Notes under the pieces: model-generated
What the model was told of the DNA's origin: nothing
The model's input: the letters and a program-made list of their open reading frames with translations, nothing else
Databases searched by the model: none
Origin: Octopus bimaculoides
Lineage: Eukaryota
Reading direction: 5' to 3'
Length of the DNA stretch: 64,000 nucleotides
Assembly: GCF_001194135.2 (NCBI RefSeq)
Contig: NC_068990.1
Coordinates: 43,632,224 to 43,696,223 of the forward strand
Part shown: piece after piece, positions 48,435 to 61,483 of the stretch
Layout of the letters: every line of letters starts with the position of its first letter
Numbering within the stretch: the first letter of the stretch is position 1
Made by a program: the position numbers and the translations under genes

Positions 48435-51400
48435 ATTAAATAGATTAGTTGGAAATGAAATCTTCATTATTGTTTTAATGCTTACTTTCAATGCTTGCAT
48501 GGATTAGATGAAATTTATTGGAAAAGATGCTCTTCCTGTCAACAACCTTTGTTTCCTTCAAACAGTGAACAACAGTTCAGTTTATCAGCCTCTTCTGCTG
48601 AAATGCTACATTATAGGGACAAAATCAAACCAACACTGGTTGTCAAGCAGTGTGTATGTAGCAGGATACAAGCACAAAGACACACACAGCCAGTGGCACA
48701 TAAAAAACACCATTCGAGCTTTGGGCCTTACAGAGTCAATGACAAACGACCAAGACCCTTGATGATTTGCTGTGCTTAAGAAGACCCATTAAGCCAAATG
48801 AAATTGTAGTCATGGCAGATACTGGTGTCATGCAACTGGCACCCATGCTGGTGACATGTAAAAGCACCCATTTCACACTCGGAGTGGTTAGTGTTAGGAA
48901 GGGCATCCAGTTGTAGAAACCTTGCCAAATTAAACTGGAAGCTGGTGCAGCCCTGGTCAAACCATCCAGCCCATACCAGCATGGACAACAGACGTTAAAT
49001 GATGATGAGGATGATGAACAGGCACTCCATCATTTATAACAACAAGGGTTCCAGTTGATCCAGTCAACAGAACAGCCTGCTCATGAGATTAACGTGCAAA
49101 TGGCTGAACATTCCAGACTCACATATCCTTAACATAGTTCTCAGTGGGATTCAGCATGACACATGTGACATGCCTGGCCCTTTGAATTACACATACACCT
49201 TACTTTTGCCACACGCACACACAGTTTCTACCTCCCAAATTCACTCACTAGGGGCACTTACAAAGTGAGCTTCTTAGTCACACAATCTTGTTTAAATTAG
49301 CATGCAATGTCAAGACAAGGAGACACGAACACTTTCATGTGCATATACACACACACATATACTCATTGTGATTCTTTTAGGTTCCATCTACAAAATCCAC
49401 CTGCAAGGTTTTGGTCAGCCTGGAGCTGTAATAGAGGACTTTTGCCCAAGGTGCTGTGCAAGGGGACTGAATCCAAACTGTGGTTGTTTATCCTCAGGTA
49501 ATGCTTGATAGAGCAGGCAGATCAGTGATAAAATGTGTTTCCCATTTTATTTTGTTGATTGAGAACTAAGTTTATACATATTCTGAGATATGGAAGATTT
49601 GGTTGCTTTTTCTTGTAGGACTTTATATGTTTTTTAATCAGTATGAAGGGTGTTCTGGCCCTTTGTAGGTTCTCCAAGACTGGTTGGGACGAAGGAAGGT
49701 ATTCACAAACTGAAGGCCTGAACTGAATGATTGCAACAGTGTGATTCATTCAAGAGCCAGGTGATAGTGTTGAACCAAGCAACCGATTAACTCTACCATG
49801 TAGAAGTTCCCTTGTTTGTGCTGTGTTTTGGTTAATATATCTTTGCCATTCTGCTGTGTAGATTTGTTTTTTTAATGTATTCTAGAATGTTTATTTGTGT
49901 GTAGCAAATCAACCCAGTTGTGGAAGTAATTGTCTAATAAGAATCATACTTGAGTTTGGCTGTGTGGTAAGAAGCTTACTTTCCAACCACATGGTTCCAG
50001 GTTCAGTCCCACTGCATATCACCTTGGGCAAGTGTCTTCTATAGCCTCCATACTGGCCAGGGGTAGTAGTATTTGTCAAGGACTACTGTTGTGGTTCAAA
50101 TAACAGAAGATAGTCACACACAGGAATGAGAAGAAGGATGGTCCCCATTGCATACTTCACAATGGCCTACAATCCCTCTGCTTAAGATTTGAATAGGGCC
50201 TGTGCCTCTAGAGTAAGTTTGTGAGAGCAGGTGACTAGTAGAGTAAACTGTGACTAAGCCAGCCAGCTGAAGGCAATGAGAAATCACTCCAGTATTTCCT
50301 ACAAGAAAAATAATAAATCTTCACTTAGGATCGGAGGTCCATGATTGGCATGGCACATGAAGAGTGATTGGAGTGAATCTGATCTTTGGCAGTACAGTGA
50401 CAATCCTGGAGTCTCCATTTCATCTCGCAACACATCAGTGAGAGAGCCTATTTCACCTTGTAGATATAGTAGTCAAATATCCCTCGAGTCACACTCAACT
50501 GTTTTGTAAAAGGATGATGTAGTTTTAGATATGTATGTAAAAAAAAACAGGATGGCCACAGCTTGTTGAACACCTTTCGTCATAGATTTATGAGATCATG
50601 GCAGAGCAAGGGTGAAGGGGCTAAACAACAATACCATATGCCATCAAGAAAACCTTTATACATTTGCTAGAAATAACACCCAAATCACACTCTACTACAA
50701 TGCTTCTCAGATGCTAAGCTGCAGATTTTTAAAGCTATAATTTAAGGCCTTTCAAAATTCATTTTAATGGTTGAGTCTCTTGAAAAAACAATCTTATTCA
50801 TAATTTTTATTATACACAAATACGATTAATAAAATAAGGGAAAGAATAGTATGTATGTACATGTGTGTATGTATATTTATGTATATCTTTTTTTCCAAAT
50901 TTTTAACTGTTAAGCATAGTGAGGGAGGGTTTGGGAGTACTCTAGTAGTTATTTACATGATATGCTGTGAAAATAAAAAAAACAAAAAAAATGAGAATGT
51001 TTGCTTTACTGTCTTAATGTGGTCCTAGATGCACCGTATCTGGAGGTGAGGGAAAGGATACCTGTGACTTGAATAATGCCTTTCATTAAGGTATGCTTGA
51101 TCAGGGCCAACCAGAGTCTGAAAAACAGCACTTTTGTATCTTCAGTCATTGGACTGCAGCCATGCTGAGGCACCACTTTGAAGGGGTTTAGTCAAACAAA
51201 TTTACCCCAGTACTTTATTTTGTTTTTTAAAGTCTGGTACTTATTTTATTCTTTTCTTTTGCTGAACCACTTGAGTTACGGGGATGTAAACAAACCAACA
51301 CAAGCCGTGTCGAGCAGTGGCGAGGGACAGGCACAAAGGCATCCATGTATGCACATACACATGTACATATATATATGCCACCATCTCCATTCTGCGGTCT

Positions 51401-52089
51401 CCCACTCTCTCTCCTTCTCCTGCACTTCCCTCAGGTTGGGCAACCATGTATTTTCTTTGTGGTAGCACACCTGTTTCTTTCTTCATTCCTGATCTTTCTC
51501 TCTCCAGCCAAGTAACCTTGTACTTTCTTTTCAGCAAGACACCTATATCTGTCTCACTTTTCACCATCACCTCCTCCAATGCCTCCTCCCCTCTTAAAAG
51601 TTTTTGTCTTCCAAGTACTTGGTGACCCTGTCAGTGCAGGTGCCACTTAAAAGCACTTTGCCTGTGCTTGTGCCATGTAAAAAGCACTACTCACCTTGCC
51701 TGTTCTTCTGCCTCATAAAAAGTACTAAGTCCACTCTGCTGAGTGGTTGGTGTTAGGAAAGGCATCCAGCTATAAAAACCCTGCCAAAATAGTCACAAAT
51801 GTCTGGTCGGCTCTTGTGGTACTGTCCCACCCATGCTAGCATGAAACACAGATGTTAAATGATGATGACGATATATATACAAAGTTTTAAATTTAAAAGA
51901 GTTTTGATGCTAATATTCATTATTATTGAAATATTATTTCAATAATAATGGATATTAGCGTCAAAACTCTCTTTTAAATTTAAAACTTTGGATATATAAC
52001 CAAGGAGAACGATCCTTAAGGAGTCTACTTTAGACTTTTTTGTGGTGAAATCTCTTGCTATATTGGTAACGATTACATGTTTTCCTATG

Positions 52090-52160
<71 letters not shown>

Positions 52161-52423
52161 TGAGCTTCCACACATTTTCCATCTAACAAATTAAACTATT
52201 GTTCGACTCAGGAGTAGTAGAAAAAGCACTTGCCCAAAGTGCTGCACAGTGGAAGTGAACTCAAAACCATGTAGTTGCAAAACCACACACCCATGACTAA
52301 GATTTTATTTCCACTCCAATCCCATGCCATTGAGGGCCATCACAAGCTAATCATCATTTCTAATATTGTTCATCCTGAGAAAAAGTTCATTTATTGGAAT
52401 CATTTCTCTTTTTGTCTTTCTAG

Positions 52424-52550
52424 AACGAGCTAACCGGAAACAGCTATTAGAGCAATTAGAAGAGAAAAAGAAACTACTTCGTATGCAGGCTCAACATAAC
52501 CAAGGCAGCAGCAGCAGTAGTAGTAGTAGTAGCAGCAGCAGCAGCAGCAA
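52424..52550 (+). CDS. INIP: INIP/SOSS-C, coding exon 2
   Basis: Acceptor tttttgtctttctag and donor gtaagt; 127 bp, phase 1/2. Encodes ERANRKQLLEQLEEKKKLLRMQAQHNQG plus 14 Ser, resembling recalled human INIP NKNRVAILAELDKEKRKLLMQNQ. Confidence 0.8.
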
Positions 52551-53229
52551 GTAAGTAATTACCATCTCATCACTTCTTATAAATCTATCAACTACTTAAG
52601 GATTATCTGGTATTTAAGTACATTTATATGCATTTTTGTAGTTAACAAGAAAAGGAAAAAAAGACAAAATTTGTTACTCAGTCAGACTAGTTACTGTTTA
52701 ATGAAATTAAACCTAATCTCTTATATCTATACTTCATAGTTGTACTTGTTTCAAAAATGATTTGATCTGAGGTTGTACGTTAAAACTTAAACATATCTTA
52801 TGCAAGAGTCATGAAAGTCATTTAAGTTTTGAATTGCTTCATCAGATTGATGAAGGCTAGCAGGCTGAACCTTCAATGTCATTGTCACACTCTTGTAAAA
52901 GTATTAAGGATATGTGCTCTACAAAAAGTATTCAGTAATTCTCAGTAATTCGTTAGTTTAAAGTAAAATTGATTTATTATTATAGGTCAACATGTAATTG
53001 ACTATCCAACTACTCCAAAATTTCAGGCCTTGTGCCTTTAGTAGAAAATATTTTGTTAGTTTGCTTGCTATTTATTTCCCGGTAGCGCCTCATAGCAGAT
53101 GCCACCAAAGAGGATCAATATTATTGTTAAAGGCATCAAGTTGCTGTGATCTGTGTTTGTGTTGTCCGTTTGTTTGTGCTTATATATATATATTATGTGT
53201 GCATATATTTCTCTGTGTGTGTATGTGTG

Positions 53230-53266
<37 letters not shown>

Positions 53267-54134
53267 GCACACACATATGTATATATGTATATAACATGTT
53301 TATAAAGGGTGGGAATAATTTCCTGGGTGAAAACTGCAGTAGTTTGTCTTTCAGTAGTCAACATACATTAAGTATATCATATAAAGATTTTAATCTAGAG
53401 CTGCTTTTATTACATAATTTGAATGTGTGTGTGTGTATTTATCCTATAAAGTAACAACAGAATTGGGTTTTTAGTTTCACTTTGTAAGCAATAATTTCGA
53501 GAGCTAAAACAGAAATGGATCATGCAGAATATGTGCTTGTATTTGTGGTTGCTATGACTGTTCCGTAATGTTGGAGTTTAGTTACTGCTTCATTTATTTT
53601 TCATATAACAAACTACATATTTAGAGAAATACAAATCTGTCAACTGCTACAGTGAGAGGCCTAAATTCCCACAATGATGGTTGTGGCATGACGCATTTAC
53701 AAACATTGGTCCAGGAATACAAGTAACTCATACATTATGGAACATTCACACACAAAAAGAATATAGCTATCAAAAAGTTAATGAAACTTAAGATTTCTTT
53801 TATTTTGGCAGAGAAAAAAATGTTAATTGAATGTGTGTATGTATGTGTTTTTATATATATAAACTTCCTTACCAACACCAATCCACACCCCAATACTCCA
53901 CCCAGTACCCTTAACCAACCTAGCAATCCAGCTATATCCACCACTGAAATAGGCAATGATAGAAATAATATCATTAGACACAAGAACTTTTATAAGCTAC
54001 ATCCTCCAAATGACTCACTCACCACAATATAAAGTACCAATCCTTACGCCACAGCAGATAATGCATATAACACCAGGTTAACCCCAGATAATCATATCCC
54101 TGCAAACTCCACTTTAGCTCCTTCTAGAATCCTA

Positions 54135-54370
54135 CGGAGCTGTAGACACCCCACCTCATGTCCCTTAGATAATAGATGTCTCAAACAAAATATTGTATAT
54201 AAATGTATAGTATCAACAGATTCCAATTATGAATGTATCAGCTCGTGAAGCACCACATTCAAGGTCAGAGTTGGTAACCACTATTCTAGCTTTAAATCCC
54301 AGGTAAGAATGAACAGCACTTCTTTATTGTAGCTCATTCATAACCTAAAACATAACTCAGTTCCATCTTA
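54135..54370 (+). mobile_element. Second Penelope-like GIY-YIG endonuclease remnant
   Basis: Translates as SCRHPTSCPLDNRCLKQNIVYKCIV...ECISS*STTFKVRVGNHYSSFKSQVRMNSTSL, the PLE pattern C.C...CPL...CL...IVY / YIG...TFK.R..NH.SSF / NST.L. Confidence 0.75.
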
Positions 54371-56670
54371 ATAATACTAAAACTCAGAGATGTTTATCTT
54401 AATTTGTTTTGCATATTTATTTTCATACTTACCTTCAGCAGTGAAGTACAAATTTTTGTGATATTTGCACCTCTGTTTATTAATGAAAACGATTAAACAC
54501 AACTTTTGTTTGTTATTTCTTGAAATAAAAACATGGTTTCCATGACATCAACATACATACAGAATACACACACATCTAATAAGTGTCATGGCATGTCAGT
54601 CAACACAAACACACATCAACTATCTGTGACATATACCCACACATAGTCTTTGCATTTGCTAAGAAAAAAAAACTTCAACTTTTTGACGTACACAGTATTT
54701 TAATCATTTAGAAATATTTTTAACTGAATGATTTCAAAAATCTAAGTTGTTTGGGCAGTAAGTATTTATATTTTAGCTTTCTTTAAACAGACAATATTTT
54801 AATGTTTTTTTTTTAATTTACTTTTGTTTTAAAGTGAAAGAGAGGTGAAAGATGTATGTACGTGTATATGAAATGGATGCGTGTGTGTGTGAAAGAGAGA
54901 GAAAAAGAGTGAAGGGGTGTTATGTATACGTACATACATCAATACATATGCGTATATCTTTTTTGTATGTATGTTTGTGTGAGAGAGAGAGAGTGAGTGA
55001 ATGTGTGTTCTCATGTATATGTAAGTAGCACTCTCTCCCATGTCCATTTCATATACATGTTCATACATCTTCCACGTTCTCCTCTCTTTCATTTTAAAAC
55101 AAAAGTAAATAAATAAAAAAAAATTTACGGAAGTTAACAAATAAAACCAGCTGATCCGAATGAGTTCTGAGAGTCAATGTGAAAGATCACCCCCAAGGGA
55201 ATACCATTAAAAAATTTTTTGAGTGCATTCAACATATCTCAGCTCTAAAGATTTGGCTGCTATTTCTAGCACGCCCTGCTACCGCATAACAGCTATTTGC
55301 AATAAAGGACCTGAAATACCTGTTATGTGGTAGAGTGTGCAAGAAATAGCAGCCAAATTTTTCCTTTTCTGGGGAAAGGAGCTGTTTTTGTGTGATTTCA
55401 ATGTCACATTTGTTGAAAGCATATGAAATAACCTGGGTAAAAAAATAACCCATGAAACAAAACTTTGTTGCTGGGTAACTCAGACGTTCCAGATGACCCA
55501 ACTGGTCACGGGTAGTCTGGTACTATTTAAAATGGTCCATCGTTATCCATACCAAACTGTATAATAGTTATAAAAACAAATGTGATCTCTGCATCACAGA
55601 AGTCTTATCTCTTATGTAATGCAATGATTGTAGGAATGAATGGAGCCACCTAATTCTTAATTGTAAACACAAGTCATGTAACACATATATTTTGTAGATG
55701 AGATTGTTGCCAGTGCCCCTGGACTGGCTCTTGTGCGGGTGGCACATAAAATACACCATTTTGAGCGTGGCCGTTGCCAGTACCGCCTGACTGGCCTTCG
55801 TGCGGGTGACACGTAAAAGCACCCACTACACTCTCTGAGTGGTTGGCGTTAGGAAGGGCATGCAACTGTAGAAACTCTGCCAATTCAGATTGGAGCCTGG
55901 TGTTGCCATCCGGTTTCACCAGTCCTCAGTCAAATCGTCGAACCCATGCTAGCATGGAAAGCGGACGTTAAACGATGATGATGATGATGATGATTCTCAA
56001 GGTACAAAGAATAACGCCCTCCCCAATTATTTCTTAGCTGTTCCTCCACCCCCACTAGAAGCTCTTATTTATAGCATACAACTTTTTTAGCTACCTTTTT
56101 TATTTTCCTAACCTCATGATCTCCCTGTCTTCTGCACATAATATGCAGGTGCATATGCACACCTATAAGATGCTACAGGTGCACAGAGAAAATATGCACA
56201 TGCACGGGAATATGTAAATATATAGTTTTACTGTTAAGTGGTAAACCACTAATTTACCTCCAACTACTATGTTCCCCTAATGACTAGTAAGTTTATCTTC
56301 CTCTCTTCTAGCAAATTCACCTTTCTCCCACTCCTAAATATTCTCTTCCTTTTCTTTTCTTTGATTCTGTTTAAATGTATATACGTGGGTGCGACAATAT
56401 ATTTATCATTGACATAATCAACCAGCTTAATATTCATGATGCTACCACTAGTCAGCTTCAATCTAACCAAAATTCCCCCTCTCTTTTTCTTTATTCTTAA
56501 CAACTTTAGACGATTGTCTACTCCCGTATTTTATTCCTTCATAGATATGTTTTTCTATTTTGTTTTTTCATTCCATTCTTCTGGCTTTACAATTCATTTT
56601 AAATCGCATCTTCTACAAGTTAACTAGGGATCCCTTCATGACAATGTCACCTTCATTTAACTAAGGTATC

Positions 56671-56737
56671 TTCAACCTGATGAGTAGCTAGTGGAGTACC
56701 CCTTGTTGACTGCTAGCTAGGAAACGTGTAGCCTGGA
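56671..56737 (+). ncRNA. Hammerhead-like motif, homolog of 40291-40380
   Basis: TTCAAC-CTGATGA-G-TAGCTAG...CTAGCTA-G-GAAAC-GT-GTA-GCCTGGA. Flanks of about 145 bp align with the reverse complement of 40260-40424. Confidence 0.6.
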
Positions 56738-58521
56738 TTTCACCTGTGCTATTCTCTCAATTTGGATATAGGTGTGACTGTATGGTAAGAACCTTGCTTC
56801 CCAGCCACATGGTTCCAGGTTCAGTCTCACTGCATGGCACCTTGGGCAAGTGTCAGCTACTATAGCCTCAGGTCGATCAAAGCCTTGTGAGTGGATATGG
56901 TAGACAGAAACTGTATGTATATATTTATGTGTGTCTGTGTTTGTCTTCCACCATCACTTGACAACCAGTGTCAGTGTGCATATGTCCCTGTGACTTAGTG
57001 ATTTGTCACTAGGCTGGTGTTGATTTCTTGGACTAAATAAAACATCTTTAAGGCGGTGCTCCAGGATGGCCACAGTCAAATGACTGAAAGAAATAAAAGA
57101 TCAAGGGACCCCATATAATATCAAGTGGAAGATCTTAGAATGGTCAGGCCCCTACATCAACAGGAGCAGACACAGCAAGCTGAACGAGCTAGGATACTTA
57201 AAGAATCCCTTAGACCTGCATTGCTGAATATTGCCAAGAAATCTTCACCCCATGCATCCATTTCAAGTGCTATTTGCTGCAAACATGGTGTTCCCTGTTT
57301 TCTGACTAAGCCCGGAAGAGTCCTTATGATCTATTAGCATGCCAAGAGAACAGATTCCTTATTCTCCTCTCCAAGTAATTGGTCTGGGGAGATAACCTGT
57401 CCGCATTATCGTTGGACTTGTTATTCTCTGATGCCCATTTGACCATTGACCATAACTTTCTACCTCTAAGAGGTAAAGAGATGAATTTATCTTTTGACTA
57501 GAGTCTGGTAAGTCATTCACGAAGCTGTCTTTCATGGATGCAAAACCATTGGTCACTCTGTGACCAGACATTAACTTTATTACTTTAATATATATGTGTG
57601 TGTGTGTATGTGATGACGGATTAACCACGTGCCGTCAGTACAGCCTCAGAATACTTTGAATATCATGCCATAAAGGCAAAATGATTTCTGTCTTTTGTAG
57701 TTTATCGCTTGTGATTGGGCTAAATGTTTTAGAGATATATTTTGCATAAATGTTTAAAATACTATTCCTGAAGATATAGATATATTTAACATAACTGTCA
57801 TGGGTTGGATAGAATTTGTTGAGGTGGATTTCTGCTGCCTGATACTCTTCCTGTTGCCCACCCTCATCTATTTCCCCATGACCAGACACATAATGGATGA
57901 TTGGACAATGGTGATAATCACTTACAGCTATCATGCAATGTCAAGGCAAGGAGACAGTAACATGCACACACATACGTAGAGATGGATTCGAAAACTGAGT
58001 TGCCGATTTTGACATGAGGTATCAAAAGATTCAGTAATCTTTCAGCTATCAATTAAAGTATGTTTTTTGCACAACTCTTTTTACTACAAAAATAACTTTG
58101 TAAATGAGGTTGGGTTGCACAATTTTGAGGTCTTTAGCTAAGGGAGGCAAATCTTCCAGACACAATACTCAATAACAGCAAATGTAAACACACACACAGA
58201 CACGTTAGGTGCAAGAATGGTTGTGTAGTTGAGAAGTTTGCTTCCCAACTACATGGTTCCATGTGCAGTCCCTTTGCATGGTACTTTGGGCAAGTGTTTT
58301 CTATTATAGCCTTTTGCCAATCACAGACTTGTGGCTGAATTTGGTTGACGGAAACTGCTGCGTTGTTCATCAGAAAATGACCGTAAATCATGTTTATAAA
58401 GAAGAGTTGTTTGTTTCATAATCCTTGTGTGCCGATTCTGCCTATAAGAAAGGAACAAATATTACAATGTGGCTGTAGGTCATAACACCCAGGAAATGCC
58501 AGGGTACATTGCTAGTTTTAT

Positions 58522-58610
<89 letters not shown>

Positions 58611-58629
58611 TATATATATATATATATAA

Positions 58630-59488
58630 GTAAAACTAACAAATCATTACAACTGCTGCGGCAGAAAAAGATTAAAGAATTATTCCCAGCTGAATGGACA
58701 GCGTATCGTATCTACTTCTATGGTTGCTACTGTTATTATTTAGCTCTCGTCCAGTCACTGCAGTATCTAGTGTATGTCCTTCACTAGCAAGAGTGTAATT
58801 TGAAGTTTGGTTGTTATTTCTAACATACTACAACTAACGTAGATGCGCCTGTGTTCTAGCATTTAGTTATAAAAATAAGGTAAAAGTTTTTATTTTTTTC
58901 TTCCCTTTGAAATGTTTTAACTTTGTGGTTTTCGGTCGTTTATGACTGCCTTCTAGCATGTAGAAGTTACCCGTTATAGGTAATTTCTCTTATATTTTAT
59001 ATTGAATATGTTGTCTATTGACTTTTTTACATGCTAGGCCACTGGTAGTATAACCCTGTATAGTTTTTGCTACCCTTTTATATATATATACTCAAGTATT
59101 TAATATTAGAATTTCAAAGTTCGTTTCAGCATTTTTTCATTTTCTGCCGACTGAAACAGTGCGTCTGCGCAGTGGATTTTGAAAAAATTAAAATGTATAT
59201 TTTAGAAGACATGTGCTTTCTGCCTCCTGTCTTGTGGATATACGTTAATTACTTGACGGTTGGTTACTGAAGAGAATTTGCCTAGTAAATTACTTTATTT
59301 ACTAAAAAATCCGAAACCTATAGGTCTAACCGTTAAAAATAAGGTAAAAGTTTTTATTTTTTCTTCCCTTTAAAATGTTTTACTTTGTGGTTTTCCGTCA
59401 TTTTTAACTGTCTTCTAGCATGTAGAAGTTACCTGTTATGGGTAATTTCTCTTATATTTTATATTGTATATATATATATATATATACA

Positions 59489-59519
<31 letters not shown>

Positions 59520-59933
59520 CACGCGCGCGCGTGTGTATTTATGTATAAATGGGTGTGTGGTTGTTGTTTAGCCGCAAATCAGACTTGGCCAGACAGACGT
59601 ATGTTCAAAGGTATTGAAACTGTGGCTATCCCATCTTATATCATGGAGGACTACTTCATCCAATTTTAAGATGATCAACATAAAGAAAAGGTGAAAATAT
59701 CAATGTAAAACTAACAAATCATTACCGTTGCTACGGCAGAAAAAGATTAAAGAATTATTCCCAGCTGAATGGACAGCGTGTCGCATCTACTTTTATGGTT
59801 GTTACTGTTACTATTTAGCTCTCGTCCAGTCACTGCAGTATCTAGTGTATATCTTTCACTAGCAAGAGTGTAATTTGAAATTTGGTTGTTATTTCTAACA
59901 TACTACGACTAACGTAGATGCGCCTGTGTTCTA
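58630..59933 (+). repeat. Nested direct repeats A-B-x-HHR-B'-y-A'
   Basis: A is 58630-58858 and A' is 59705-59933 (229 bp each). B is 58870-59004 and B' is 59334-59466. Confidence 0.9.
59262..59331 (+). ncRNA. Type I hammerhead ribozyme, intact core, GUC site
   Basis: Helix I GGTTA/TAACC; core CTGAAGA at 59267-73; helix II closed by G59274-C59312 with distal TAGTAAAT/ATTTACTA; GAAA at 59313-16; palindromic ACCTATAGGT; GTC at 59324-26. Confidence 0.88.
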
Positions 59934-61483
59934 ATGGTTAGTGAATTATAACAATGGGCATAATTCTTGCACGTTACTTCGTGTATTAAATTTTCGTTTA
60001 TGTAAGTTAGTGTAATGTATCATTCTTTTGTGTGATACAATTTGTTAAATGGCTACTAGGGCGATAGGGTAGAAGTAGTTCTGACTAATGTAAACTGTAA
60101 TGAGGGGAAGTAACTTTTGCAAGTTTCCTCAGATTTATTAATTCCTGTTTTATCAACTTTAACAAGGGCAACAACTCTTGGAAGTTATTAATTCTGAAGA
60201 TTATTTCCTCTATTAGCTTTGGTTGGCCCTCAATTTCATGTGTCTTTGCTAATAACATCCATGTAGTTGATTGACCGCCTTCCTTTATTAGGGTGCAGAT
60301 GTGTCCAAAATATAACTTCTGAAATAGTCTGTTGTTCAGCACAATAGCATTGACCAGAGAAGACTACTCTGTGTTGAGAAACAGAAATATATACATGTAT
60401 AACATAGAAAATGAACCTATAAATGGACTATGGATTGAACATCTATGCAGTCGCTTGATCTGCAAAAATTGCAACCAAATTCTCCCGAATCATAGGGAGA
60501 ATACATTAGACCAGTGTTTTCCAACCTATTTCCCCCAGAGCCCACTATAGCTTTCTAGAAAAATGAATATCCCACCAGTAATTAATAAAAAGTAACTTTA
60601 TTTTAAATATTTTATCACAATTCCATTCAAGCATGAAAGACATGCTAAATGATGATGATGACTAAAGAATCTACAGGTAACTCTTTTAAGTACTGAATAC
60701 AAATCACTTTAATGAGAACCTTGTGCCCGGTAACTATGGCAGATTTCATTAGCTTCAGCCATAAATCACTATGTTTTATAATTTCAAGTCTGCTTCTAAC
60801 GCTAAAGCCTGCTTCTAATGCTATTCAACCAAATAAAAGACCTGGGGGAATGAGACAAAAGTTTCTTTGCTGAAATGACAGTATTTGGTATTTCTTTTCA
60901 ACTTCATCACATAGTCACATCTTGGTACCTTTCATTTTGAACAAAGTATTCACTGGTTCATCATGATGCAATTCTGATAGCTCTTTTTGAAACTGCATTG
61001 GAACTTCAGAGATTTCTACAAGCAGTGGTTGAGTTAATCAAGAGGCTGTGAAGAAAGGATTTTCACAATTCCATGTCCCACTGAAAAAAAAAGAAGAAAA
61101 ATAGAAAAAACTTTGGATCCCACTCCCCACCACAACTTTGTCAGGCCCCGCTAATGTAGTCCTATATGCATTATGCATCAAGAAAAGCTGAAATAGCCAT
61201 AGCTTCAAGGTCTTTAATCTAAAGTTTGCCAGATTAAGGCTAACATGGAGTTGATCAATAAATACTGTCATATAATAACTAGAAAACTTGAGTCGTAATT
61301 TGGTTATATCCCAGTATAGTTACATGTCTTAATTGTGCACTTTGAATATTAGTTGTATCTATGTTATTTAATCTTTGAACTAACTCTACACTGCTTCTTA
61401 CTTGATAATTTTACTTTCCACATAGAAATCTTGAAATCTGTTACCTGAATTCTCACCAGTCTCATCTTTATTGTCTCCTTCAG

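Noticed and set aside
50190-50360. RTE/Bov-B-like UTR string (AGGCAATGAGAAATCACTCCAGTATT) with a possible HDV-like ribozyme upstream
   Set aside because: I could not build the nested double pseudoknot by eye; it needs a descriptor search.
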